A stretch of DNA of 64,000 nt, taken from Owenia fusiformis. Its lineage: Eukaryota. The number at the start of each line of letters is the position of its first letter. Positions within the stretch are counted from its first letter, which is position 1. The stretch spans positions 47,244,001 to 47,308,000 of the forward strand of contig CAIIXF020000001.1 in NCBI GenBank assembly GCA_903813345.2, in the 5' to 3' direction. The position numbers were made by a program, and so were the translations under genes. The notes under the pieces are model-generated. The model did not search any database and was not told the DNA's origin. It saw nothing but the letters and a program-made list of their open reading frames with translations. Below, piece by piece: positions 35,101 through 47,300 of this stretch.

Positions 35101-37358
35101 CACTAAATCACACAACCCATCTCTCATTTTTCCAGGAATATATTGGTAAATCAAAAAATATTCAAAATATATGAGCAACGGTGTGCATGTTATGAGCAAC
35201 GGTGTGCATGTGTGAGAATAAAGGACGATTCTCGGTTTGGAGAAAAGTCTCCTAGGCTAATAATTTTTTTTATGAAAAATATAGAAATATAACCCAAATT
35301 AAACTATGAATATTTAAAAGAGGACATTTAAATCTATAAGATGTAAAAATAACAAATTGGTCTGAAGCAGGGATAACGCTCAATTAGACCGATTCGATAA
35401 AATACAAGTCTCGATTTGGGGGGAAAAGTTCATCAGTGTACTGCGCTAATATTTTTTGGCGAAAAATCTAGAAATATTACCCAAATTAAATACTATTCAA
35501 AAGAAGACATTCAAATCTATATTATGTAAAAAAAATCAAATTTGTCCGAAGCAGGGATAATGCTCATTTAGATTGATGAACTTCGTTCTCCAAACCGAGA
35601 ATCGTCCTTTGAATTTGCATATTGATGGAGTAATAAGTTGACAGAATTGACTTGATTTTTGGACTACTCGGGCCTGTAGTGCTAATTTAATTCAAGATTC
35701 ATCAATCCAGTTATTGTTAAAGCCATCCTCTGGTTAAGTAGTCCATAACTGTTGTCATCATAATATGTCGGCATCACTTGTAATCGGCTCGTTTACTGTA
35801 AATATTGTTGTCCCTAAAGCACCCCCTTGTCCATTCAAGTGCACGAAAATAAGGACATAGAAGATGGGAGAGTGTTCGACTAACTGTTTTTTCTTTTGAC
35901 TCAACTTATATAAACAGATACGTCGACATATAAATCAACAAATTGAGAGTGTCCCTCTCTCCTTCCAGCTACTGCGATCCTAAAAGAGGATGGCTTCGTC
36001 CACTTGACTTACGAGCCTTTATACACTGATGAATTTGTGAAGATGAGTAGTGGTTTCGACTTTCCAAGAATAAATTACGACTTTTACAACACAAAGCCGT
36101 ACAGGTATTGCTACGGGGCTGGCTTTGATAGGATTCTGGTGGACAAGTTGATCAAACTTGATATTTCTACAAAGAGTGGCAAGGTAAGTCTGAGACTGAA
36201 ACATCATATCCAATTCAATTCACGATCATTTCTCTTGCTAACTAAATATGATAATATCGTCCAATATCACATATTTAGATATTATACCATATGTTACACT
36301 ACTTTTAATAATGATAAGATAATCCTGTTCCAATTCAGGTGTGGAAAGAGGACGAGTGTTACCCATCAGAACCAGTGTTTGTTCCATCGCCCAATGCTAC
36401 TGAAGAGGATGAAGGTATATATCAGGTGTCCAAAAAGTGAATTGCTTTTTGACAAGTATTTTCTCATCGCTTGATCACTAAATTTCTAAAGTAGCCCAAG
36501 GGTATCATTAAAGCAAGTTGTTCAAATGTGAAAGAGATCGGTCACACGTTATGTGAGAAATCATAAATTCAAAAATGCATATCAAAAATCCAGTATCAGA
36601 TCTGTGCAAAGCGAGACCTTCATAGCGTTTGTGGCTGCTATCAGGTGATATCATCTGTCACTCAGTTTCAGTCTCAAATAGCTCGACTGTGTCAGAGCTA
36701 TTTGTTTCATTATTCTCTGTATCTAAAATACCTGTGCCAAAATACGTTCTGATTTCCAACCGTTTTCAGTGTGTAGGGCTAAACAATGTCTTTAAGTGAT
36801 AGCGATGAGGCTTCCTTTGAAAACTGTTTCAAGGTGAAACGTTTGGGTGGAAGATGAATCGTAAAGGAATTGAGGAATTAATACAAGAATTAGAGTCATG
36901 TTACTGTAATTAGATGAACAAAAATGCAACAAAACAAAACAAAAAATTCCTTCAGACTTAAATAAGTGTATTTTCCAGTATTTATATGGCACTTTCTAAT
37001 GTTCCTAATAGAAAATTCGGCTCATCCATTGATGAGAATATCGTTGTCAAAAGCTGTTCACTTTTTTGGGACACCCGATGGATGATGTTATATGTATTAT
37101 AGCTCCCATAAAACGAGCCAATTTGTCAAGTGGTCCCTCTCTCAGTTCATTCTAAAAACATACTTTTATAATTCTCTGCATATATTATAATTATGCACCT
37201 TTCTTTATTTTGCAGGTGTGGTATTATCAGTGGTTATAAGCCCAAACAATGCCAAACCTACTTTCCTGTTGGTTCTTGATGGCCAGAGCTTTACCGAGTT
37301 GGGCCGAGCGACTATTCCCTACGACATCCCGTATGGTATGCACGGGATGTTCATGTAA
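32152..37358 (+). CDS. Carotenoid cleavage oxygenase (BCO1/BCO2/RPE65 family), copy 1, 546 aa
   Basis: Exons 32152-32293, 32600-32858, 32967-33105, 33208-33425, 33580-33740, 34287-34438, 34716-34851, 35969-36183, 36339-36414, 37216-37358 (1641 nt, open). Motifs [37 protein letters not shown] and four iron-ligand His ([21 protein letters not shown]). Confidence 0.96.
34479..34653. mobile_element. hAT-like MITE in BCO copy 1 intron 6 (matching copy at ~54448-54707)
   Basis: CAGGGGCGTAGC...GGGGGG ... CCCCCTCCTGGCTACGTC; the same element occupies the same intron position in copy 2. Confidence 0.55.
35222..35608. mobile_element. MITE with Kolobok-like AGG termini and an internal duplication
   Basis: TIR AGGACGATTCTCGGTTTGGAGAA / TTCTCCAAACCGAGAATCGTCCT. 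Confidence 0.75.
36422..37078. mobile_element. Tc1/mariner-type MITE in BCO copy 1 intron 9, absent from copy 2
   Basis: tcaggtgtccaaaaagtgaattgctttttgacaa ... ttgtcaaaagctgttcacttttttgggacacccga. Confidence 0.65.
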
Positions 37359-37978
37359 GGACCTTCTTCTATGGTCTTCTCTACGTTTTCGGCTAGAGAC
37401 TCTACTAGATGTAGGGCACCTGGTATCTGATAATATGGGCAAACAATGTCAATTGCCAGAAGGAACGATATCGTTTAAATGTTTGCATATGTGATCAGGT
37501 TATGTTCATATTTACTTGTACACATAGACGATCGATGTAAGTTGAGACAAATGTATCACTATTCAATACAAATACACATGACAATTGACATTAGTGGATG
37601 CGGAATATTTGCATAATGATGCAAAAGAATAAATGATAACGTGTAACAGATATACAGAAATAGATAATACGCAAGATGAGTATTTTTATGACTTAACTTT
37701 CTCATAATTTGTTTTCTCCCTTTCCTGTTGTCAAGTTAAAGAGAGAATCAGATCTAGCGAGCATCCTAACAAAAAATTGTTTCAATTTTAGAATATTTCT
37801 GGCTTATGTCATTCCTTTTCATGTCTATTTTCTAAAAATCCCCAAAGTGCACACTTTATTTCAGGGAAACTAAAGATTTTACAATAATGTATTGTTTTTT
37901 GTAAGGAATAGATTGGTAGGTCAATTGTACATGTTGCTTGTAATTTTGTCACTCCCATATATCTGATTCTGCCTTTAA

Positions 37979-38180
37979 GGCCAGGGTGCACTTTGGAATT
38001 TTTTGCAATTTTGAAAAGTAAACCACTGAATATTCTAGTTATTCAAACATTCTGAAGAATTATTAACCCTCAATTAATAGTCTAGGTATACTAATGCATC
38101 TTTGTGCAAGAATGAAAGATGTAGATGATGTGTGGAATGAGAAATGTTTATCTGAAATTTCATCAAAGTGCACCCTGACC
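37979..38180. mobile_element. MITE with TTAA TSD (Kolobok-like)
   Basis: TTAA|GGCCAGGGTGCACTTTG ... CAAAGTGCACCCTGACC|TTAA. Confidence 0.8.
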
Positions 38181-39981
38181 TTAATGCTGAATGCTTTCAT
38201 AACATAGATGTCGGCTTGCTGTAGTGAATTCAAGAAATATACCTAGACACTTCTTGGCAACTGATAAATCAAATTCACTGAAATTTTTTTTTACAAAGTA
38301 GCCCAAGAGTATCGTCAGCAAGGTACCAAAAATTTAAAAGATCAAGTTAATGTAACGTGGGTACAAAGGAATTCAAGATAGCATGTCTCTAAAGGACCTT
38401 ATACACCCTCCATTGGGATCTCCCCATGGGAAAAAATAATTCATCTGATTTTTCAAAATGAGTATTCTGCTTCAATTATTACATTTATATGCACACTAGT
38501 ATCTTGTTGACCTATATTCAGCACTGTATTGATGTATAGGTCAATTATTAGGGTCATAATTCAATCATGAAGTGTAGAGGCATAGATTCCAAACCAGGAA
38601 GTATTTTTGTGTCTGTCAAAATCCATTTACATCCTACGCATCCCTGCATCTTATCCAAATATGTTACTACATAATGAAATATAATAGTATAATCTTTGGT
38701 TTTACAAACTTGTATGATATTTGATAAGTGTAAAGTTGTTTTTGGAGCATTTTTCTATATCCATTTTGTAGGGAAAAAAATGATGAAAAATGTACAATCT
38801 TTTAATTTTAAGTATGACCTGAATCGATTGCAAACTTCATATTTGCACATTTGATGAGATAAACCATTTGTGTCGTATTGTGAAATTATTAAGTTTGCAA
38901 TCGATTCAGGCTATAGTGTATTTTTGGTATTTCTGTGATAATCAATGGCCAATGGCACCAATGGCCTCTATTGGGATCTGCTGATATCCTCATGTTAAGT
39001 CAATGGTGCACAGCCCCATTTAAGTCAATACAACCTTACTGAACGAAATGATCCCTATCTCAGCTTATGTGTGTCCGAGCACTTTAATATTTTCCAAAGT
39101 ATTATATGACATTTTATTCTTCATGTTACACCTACGAATGATTCATTTTGACCATAGGGATATTTGCCAATAATTGCACCTTGTCCTTTGAAAGTTGTTG
39201 ATTCTATCCATTGGACATTCTATCTACACAAAAAATCACGTAGAAGCCTTAATTTTGTGTCACCTTTAGACATTTGAAAATCAAAAGACTAAACCACCTT
39301 TTTTCGAAAATGTCTCTTGAACAATGGTTAAAGGGACCCAACACCATGGTCACATGATCAGTCGTGTGGAGGTAAGCTCCCAGTTGAAATAAAATCACTG
39401 TCCTCCTTTGGTTTCTGTGAAAAGTAGCTAATACCCTCATGTATTGGTCAGTTTGTGTGTCACACGACTAATCCCCACCATATGCTTCATTCAACATATT
39501 TTATGCTATTGAGCTGCATATATAAACAGTACTTTGCAACTAAGGTCATACAGTATACTTACCCCTTGCAAATTGTAATTTATTGAATTCACAGTAACCC
39601 ATCAATTTTTAAGAAAACAAAGAATATTGTTCTCATGGATCTATTATTTATGTTAGACTAACTATGAAAATATAAATATGAAATAATATGTTAGCTTGAA
39701 GTCATATATAAGATGAAAATATATGTTCATGCATTTGCATTTTCCAAAGGGAATATTCCCATGTAAGTAAATACAGGTGCAATATATAATTTATATGTAT
39801 ATCTATGTCATCTGTCTATACATGCGCGTATAGCCTAGTGTTACATGTGAACAAGATGGTTCTGGAAAGAAATGAGCGTGGCAGATTTGCTAAAATGCCA
39901 CATACACCACAAAAGCAAGACCAATTTGAAAGTAAGTTCATTATTCTCAAGGGTACACTTCAAGTGAAAGCTACATTGCTA

Positions 39982-40224
39982 CAGGGTGGCCTATCATTCT
40001 GAGACAAATGTATTATCCAACGATTGTGATTTTCGAAGCTAAAATATGATATCTTGAGCAGATGGAAATACATTCCCATGAGATATGTATATATAGTCAA
40101 AAGTGATAACTATTTATTGAGTGTAATGAAATGTATCCTTCGCTAACTGCTTTTGTTTGAGATAATTATCATGAAATGTTTTTAAATCAATTTTTATGTG
40201 TGTCATTGATCCTAATCCACCCTG
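39982..40224. mobile_element. Probable Tc1-type MITE
   Basis: TA|CAGGGTGG ... CCACCCTG|TA termini; inner TIR is weak. Confidence 0.45.
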
Positions 40225-41301
40225 TAGTCTGGTGTTTGTAGAGCATTGCGACTCGTACAACTTATTCTCACAAATATCAAACCTCATTTACTAATTAATT
40301 TTTTGTGTGAATATGAAGAGTCCAAGCATTGCTTTTTTATGTTTATTGTATAGCTATATTTAGCCTTGATATCCATGATTTTTTAAAACAAAATCTCACC
40401 GTTAGATTTCGGGCTATTCATGTTTACTCATTTGTCTAATTGGAAAACAATGCAAATCTCATTTTTTCAAAAAAAAAATTGAAATTCTAAGACGGTGAAA
40501 AATCATTAAAAAATACACAGATTCAGAATCCGGCAAGCATTTTCCCTTATTCCTCTCCGTTAAGAAGTTTTGCAAGGTGTTGGATTCCTTTAAGCAATGT
40601 TTTCAAACGTTGCCAGGGGCCCTAAAATACCCAGAAGATAGTTGAAACAAATGTGATTTTTATGTAATTAAATAATCGTCACTTTCCGAAACATTCTCTT
40701 TAGTATTTTGGTGCGGAATGTCACTTTTACTCGCAGATTACTTCCATATCGATATTGATAATATTGCTAGTGCTATACAAGATATCTGACATACAGTATA
40801 CAAACGTTTTTGCGTGTAAACACTGTTAATGCACTATGGTCTTTTGATTGCTTATTTTTTAGATCTATTGAATCACAACTCAATGTGACAAAAACACGAT
40901 TACCTTCAAAATCAGAGGGATTACTTTTTTTCTTTCTAGTTCAAAAGATATAAGCGGTTGAATTTTGGCGTTTTGGCGTTTGAATAAAAAATGGTGCCGT
41001 ATTTAAGCAAGTGCAATTCAAGGGTTTTATTACCATAACTGACTCCACTACTATAAAAGATTAAGTGTCACCCCTTGAAAGGTTTGAGTGGAATTAGTCC
41101 GATTCTATTTCGGTACACTTAGTTCAGGCTTTGCTTCTTCGTAGCAATTTTTACATAGAGGTCATGATTGCAGTCTTGGTCATGTTAACCTAGTCATAAA
41201 TTAACTGAAACCGAGTTGCAGATGAATAAATGATCATTCGTGCTGTGTAGAGGAACAGCCAGTTAGCTGTGTAGAAGCGAACAAAAAGCTATGCGACAAG
41301 A

Positions 41302-44300
41302 ATGGCTTCTTCAACGCCAGCATCACCGTCAGAACTAAATTTTGATGGAGATGGAGAGATTGGGAAAATGTTCTCAACAGTGGAGGAACACCCTGAACAG
41401 ATAGAGGCGATTACAACAGGTACTGTAACTGACATCATTTTCCTCACGAACAATCAGATACTATTCTATATGATTCTTGCCCGTAGCCAGCTTTTACCAG
41501 GAGGGGGAGCTTTTTCCAGGGGGGAGCTTTTTCAAAATTTTGGCTAAAAAATCATGCTTGAAATTCTCAGAGTGGTCAAAAACTGATGATTTTGAAAACA
41601 ATTCCGGCCAGGGGGGGAGCTTCTGCTCCCCCAGCTCCCCCTCTGGCTACGGTCCTGTGATTTACATACGAAATGTATTAAACACAACTATTCTAAAATG
41701 ACTGAGATTTGTCTCTTGTTTCAGGGACTATTCCCAAATGGATAAAAGGAGGATTACTAAGGAATGGGCCTGGGAAATTTGAAGTTGGCGAGGACAAATA
41801 CAACCATTGGTTTGATGGCCTTGCCCTATTGCATCGATTTGATTTTGAAGACGGTGTCGTCAAATATCATAGTAAATTCTTAAAAAGTGATTCCTATGTC
41901 AAGGCCATGGAACAGAATCGAATTGTAATATCAGAATTTGGCACATTTGCCACCCCAGATCCATGCAAAGGATTTTTGGATAGGTAGGTTCTAGCAGCCT
42001 ATACAGCATAAAGCATAGTAGTCCCTGATCTGGACCCTCTGAAAAAAGTTTTGTTGTCCGGTACTTTCCCACATAAAATGATTGTACCGTTTGAAAGAAC
42101 AGACTTCCCTCTTAAAGAAAACACCTCTTCTTTTGATGTAAACAGGGGCAAAAGGCACCAAAACGGGGTTAGACAAGGTGGCATTCTGAAGTCTCACTTT
42201 CTTGTCATCACGATTCCAGGTAAACCATCAGACGGATTTACTTCAAGTTTTCACACATGTTACATGGTAAGAAGTTCTAGAGCTGATTAACTTTGCAGCG
42301 GCCATCTTGCATTCTGGTGGCCATCTTGGAATTTTTTCAGATAAATATTGTCATTGCGATTCCACAAAAACCACATAACAGATGTACTTCAAATGTTCAC
42401 ACATGTTACATGGTAAAAATCCTAGACCTCATTATTTTTTCGGTGGCCATCTTGCATTCTGGCAGCCATCTTGGAAGTTTTAAGATAAATCTTGTAATCA
42501 CGATTTCAGGAAATCCACTTCACAGTTTTACTTCGAATTTTCATACATGTTACATGGTATGAAGTTCTAGAGCTGACTAATTTTCGGTGGCCATGTTGCA
42601 TTCCGTCAGCCATCTTGGAAGTTTTTAGATAAATCTTGTCATCACGATTCCATGAAAACCACGTAACAGTTTTACTTCAAATTTTCACACATGTTACATG
42701 GTAAGAAGTTATAGAGCTGATTAACTTTCGGATAGCCATCTTGCATTCTGGCGGCCATCTTGGAAGTTTGAAGATAAATATAAAATACAGTCAAAGCATT
42801 TACCACCAACAAAGGATGCTCTCATTCTCCATATAAATAGAGCCAACTATCAGGCCTATATTTGGCGAAACGTAGGCAAATCAATGATTGATTATCAATC
42901 CCCCACATTACATGGTTGGACATTCAAAGGGAATAAACTACAAATTAAGTGGATGGAAAACGGTTCTGCCCCACAAGAAATGAAGGAGCTTGTTGCTTGT
43001 AGTTGTAAAAGAGTGTGTGACTCAATGAGATGTAGTTGTAAGAAACAGGATCTCATTTGTGGAAGTTCATGTAAGTGCCGCAAAGGTGTGTGTGAGAACT
43101 GTCCAACCCATCAGCACGATGATGTTGATGAGAGCGACAATGAATTTGAACCAGTTGATGACACCATTACACCAAACGTTGAAGATCAGGAAGAAAATGA
43201 ATTACCTGAAAATCTCTAACCTGACAACTGGATGAACCAACTTGTCAAAGTTGATGCCATAATATGAATTATCTCACCCTGTATATACACTGGTGATCCG
43301 CTCGATTACAGGTACGATTTGTCCTTATTCCTTATTTCATGCGTTGTAGGCAGAATCCTCTCGACGTTTTTTCTCACAAACGTGAATCAGTATCATATGT
43401 CTTAGAAAATGTACATGTTTGCGAAAAATAGCTCAGAAGACGACAGAATCGTCGATTTAATTCCTAACTTAAGTTACATAAAGGTTTGGGTTAAAAGTGC
43501 AGATCTGAACTGTTTTTCGAAATACCGTTTATGTAACTTAAGTGAGGAATTAAATGTACGATTATGTTGTCTTCTGAACTATTTGTTTGCAAATATGCAC
43601 ATTTTCTTAAACATATGATACTGATACACGTTTGTGAGAAAAAATGTCGTGGGAATTCTGCCTACAAAGTGTGAAAGGAAAAAGGAAAAATCATACCTTC
43701 GATGTTCCCACATTTTGTTACCTAAACAAACCGTTTTGGTAACCAGCATAATCGAGTGGATCACTATAATATACTTTAGTAGTCTTAAATAATGTTAGGG
43801 AGGATGAGTTGTAAGGCATATTATGTCATGTTAGATCATGATCTATACTATTTTTATTACAACTTATCAGTTTCACTTTCTCCATGCTAGGTTCTGTTAT
43901 AACTTTTGTTCCGTTTCCTATGGCATCCGTGCTTTATACATTTACATTCACAATGGTCCCTTCCTGGTATATTTTTAGGTTTTATAAACAGGTTTATTAT
44001 TACTTTTATGACTGTTAAATCAAGGGAAAGATCAATACCCGGTGATTTCAGCGGGAAGTGGCGTTTCGTTCAGTGGATGAGCTGCGCACGCACGCATAAA
44101 TGTGATTATCCAATATAATTAGGGGAGGGCTATTTGAAGTAGTTTTTGGTCTCAGGCGCGACCCAGGGCTGTTGTCTTAAGGACATTTCGTTGAAAATGA
44201 GCCATTCGGCTGATAATTGGTAAGAGTTTGCGATCTTATAATGTATAACTGTTACTCAGACACATATTTTGACACGATTCTGTTGGAAATAAGCTTTGAA

Positions 44301-47300
44301 CCGAGAGATATTCACGATTGATATGCACATTTTTGATTGTGCCATTGCTTTTCTATTGCACAATCCATGTATTGATAGAAGAAACATTAATAATGCAGAT
44401 TGGTTTACCTTCAATACATGGCAGACACTACATATCGGTCTAATAATACCAGTTTGTGCCTTAAATAGTTTTATATTTCCATCCACGGCCCAGTGGAGCC
44501 TGGGTGTGTTTGTCTCTTATGTGTATGCTTGTGCATGGACTTCTAATCTCTAGCAGAATTTAACATGATGCAAACTCGACATTATAACTCATGCTGTAAC
44601 ATTTTGACTTCGCTGGAAAACAATAGGAATTATTTTTCTTGCCAATCAATCATGAATCACAATCAAAATTTCAGAATGATCAATCAGGCAATTGTCCAAA
44701 TCAAGTTATAACATTATATGATATTCAGCAAGAAGTCCGGTAGAAATACAGAATATTTAAACATCAAAGCTGAAAGTTAAAAGCTAATCTGTCAATTTTC
44801 TGTCTGCAAAAGAGCGTTTACATTTGACACAATAACAGACTGAGGCTTTGAAATCTAGGATTCCCCAGGAAAATATGACGTCATACTAATTAGCATAAGG
44901 ATTTCCCTATTGGTATGGGTCGAGCCTTGTTCGAAAACACAATCCATAAATACATGCTAATATCTAAGGAGATAGGAAGTGTATAACGTGTTTATCGATT
45001 TTGTTTAAAGATTTAATCAATTATCAAATTGTTTAAGTGGATGAAGTGGTCACACTTGCTTCAATTCATAGCGAAATCGACGGATAGAAACTGACCGAAT
45101 TCCCGATATCCTACCCCGTATTACTGTAGGCTATAAGCACAGTGACCTACAGAGGGCGCTATCACAAACAAGTACTGCACGAACCGATAATTTCCCGGGT
45201 ATTGTAACGCCCTTGGTTAAATTATATAGTCTAGTTAACACCACTTTATAAACAGGTTTATTATTACTGGTGTAACTAACACAACGAAAAAAAATATAAT
45301 TAATTTATTTGATTTTATATAACATGAAATTATTTTTTCTTTTCGATAAAACATTGCTTATTAGAAATATATTTAGTTGAAAACTTAGAGTAAACAATCA
45401 GTTCTTCTATCACAAAGTTTATTTTGGTTCAGTAGATTTTTCAATACATTATTTTTATGTCACCACCACTAGTGATTGGGTGACATATTGTAATAGCTTC
45501 GAACGTTTATCTTGACACTGTTCAGTAGTTAATGTGTACTGTATACTTAACAAGGTGTGGTGACATTTTGCATGTTTCTGCATCGTCACTACTATTGAAA
45601 GCTTATGTTGATACTGTAGCAGTGTTTTTAAAGTTCTTTTTGTTGGTACAATTAGTTTCCAAACCCTATACTTATATCGATCTGACACACAGTTTTAGTG
45701 CAGGTTCAAGTGATTTTTGTTGATTATTAAACGCAAAGAGCACATGTGTCTCGAACTCGCAACATTGTGGATACAGAGCCCATTCACATAGTTTGACATG
45801 CTGGTGCTCTGAACCAGCTCGTTAGTTAATATCTGACTAAGAGACAGCTTGCTTTCCCGATGAAGAAACGTTATCTGCAGCTTTTATGAGTACTATAGTA
45901 TCTACAACTATTTTTGATCTTATTAGTATTGGATATCATTATTTTCAATTTTTCTTCAACATGTATTTTAATGACTTCAGTATGAATGGAATGTCCCTCG
46001 GAGTTGTGGTCGTTGATGAGGAATTGGTCATTGAACGGTGTGGATGCTGTTTACTCCCATATTAGATTATTATCTTGGGATATTCAGGTTTGATTTTTGT
46101 TTGCCAGTTTTACACTTTACAGTTTGCTTTTCCAACTAGGTTGCTTTACACTTTTTTCCTTTCTCATTTGTCATTTTTGTTTATATTTAGTAAGGATATG
46201 ATACGCAGGTCTCTCCTTCTGTGTGATCACCTGTCCAGAAGATAATTCAACTGCATGAAGAACATTTCGTTGACATGATGCACAGTGAAAGGTTTTCCAC
46301 ACATTTACATTTTCGTTTAAAAGAGCTTTAATTCCGTTATATACTCAGATCAAGGCCAATTTAGCATACATTTCGCTCTCAAAAATCACTGTGCAATAAT
46401 GGATTTCAAAGAAATGTTTGACGTTTTCAATAATCTTTTTTCTTTTTGATGAAATGTAGTTATTTATTCTAAAAATCAATCGATGCATTTAAAATTTAAA
46501 ATGCATTTAAGTGGCATGAAGTACAGAAGCAGAGTAAAAATATGTATTTTAGAATATCACCATGTATTACCCCATTGTAGCGCCTCTTGCCCATGTTTCT
46601 ATCAATATAAAACATGATATCATACACCAAATATGCATTTATGTCAAATTATGTGGTTTAAAATACAGAAAAATAGATAACATTCTCCTTAGAATACCAC
46701 CTTGTGTAACCCCACTTTACTGCCTTTTGCCCCTGTTTATATCAATATAAAAGGTAGCATGTAACCTTCCTTGTACCATGTGTAAAAGTTTCAAGAAAAT
46801 CAGTAAAGTGGTTTTCCTGGAATCACAATGACAAGATTTATCCAAAAAACTTCCAAGATGGCCGCCAGAATGCAAGAGGGCCACCGAAAGGTTAATTAGC
46901 TCTAGAACTTCTTACCATGTAAATATGTGTGAAAATTTGAAGTAAATCCGTTTGGTTTTCCTGAAATCGTGATGACAAGATTTATCTTTAAACTTCCAAG
47001 ATGCCTGAATGCAAGATGGCCACCGAAAAAATAATGAGGTCTAGGACTTTTTATCATGTTACATGTGTGAACATTTGAAGTACATCTGTTATGTGGTTTT
47101 TGTGGAATCGCGATGACAATATTTATCTGAAAAAATTCCAAGATGGCCGCCAGAATGCAAGATGGCCGCCGCAAAGTTAATCAGCTCTAGAACTTCTTAC
47201 CATGTAACATGTGTGAAAATTTGAAGTAAATCCGTCTAATGGTTTACCTGGAATCGTGATGACAAGAAAGTGAGACTTCAGAATGCCACCTTGTCTAACC

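Noticed and set aside
32152..37358. Specific symbol (BCO1, BCO2, RPE65 or ninaB)
   Set aside because: Family membership is clear, but orthology needs a phylogeny.
42884..43219. Cys-rich ORF as a metallothionein or tesmin/CXC host gene
   Set aside because: The in-frame upstream LPPT..AL..H..RA.YQ..IW motif and its position inside long TIRs point to a transposase tail.
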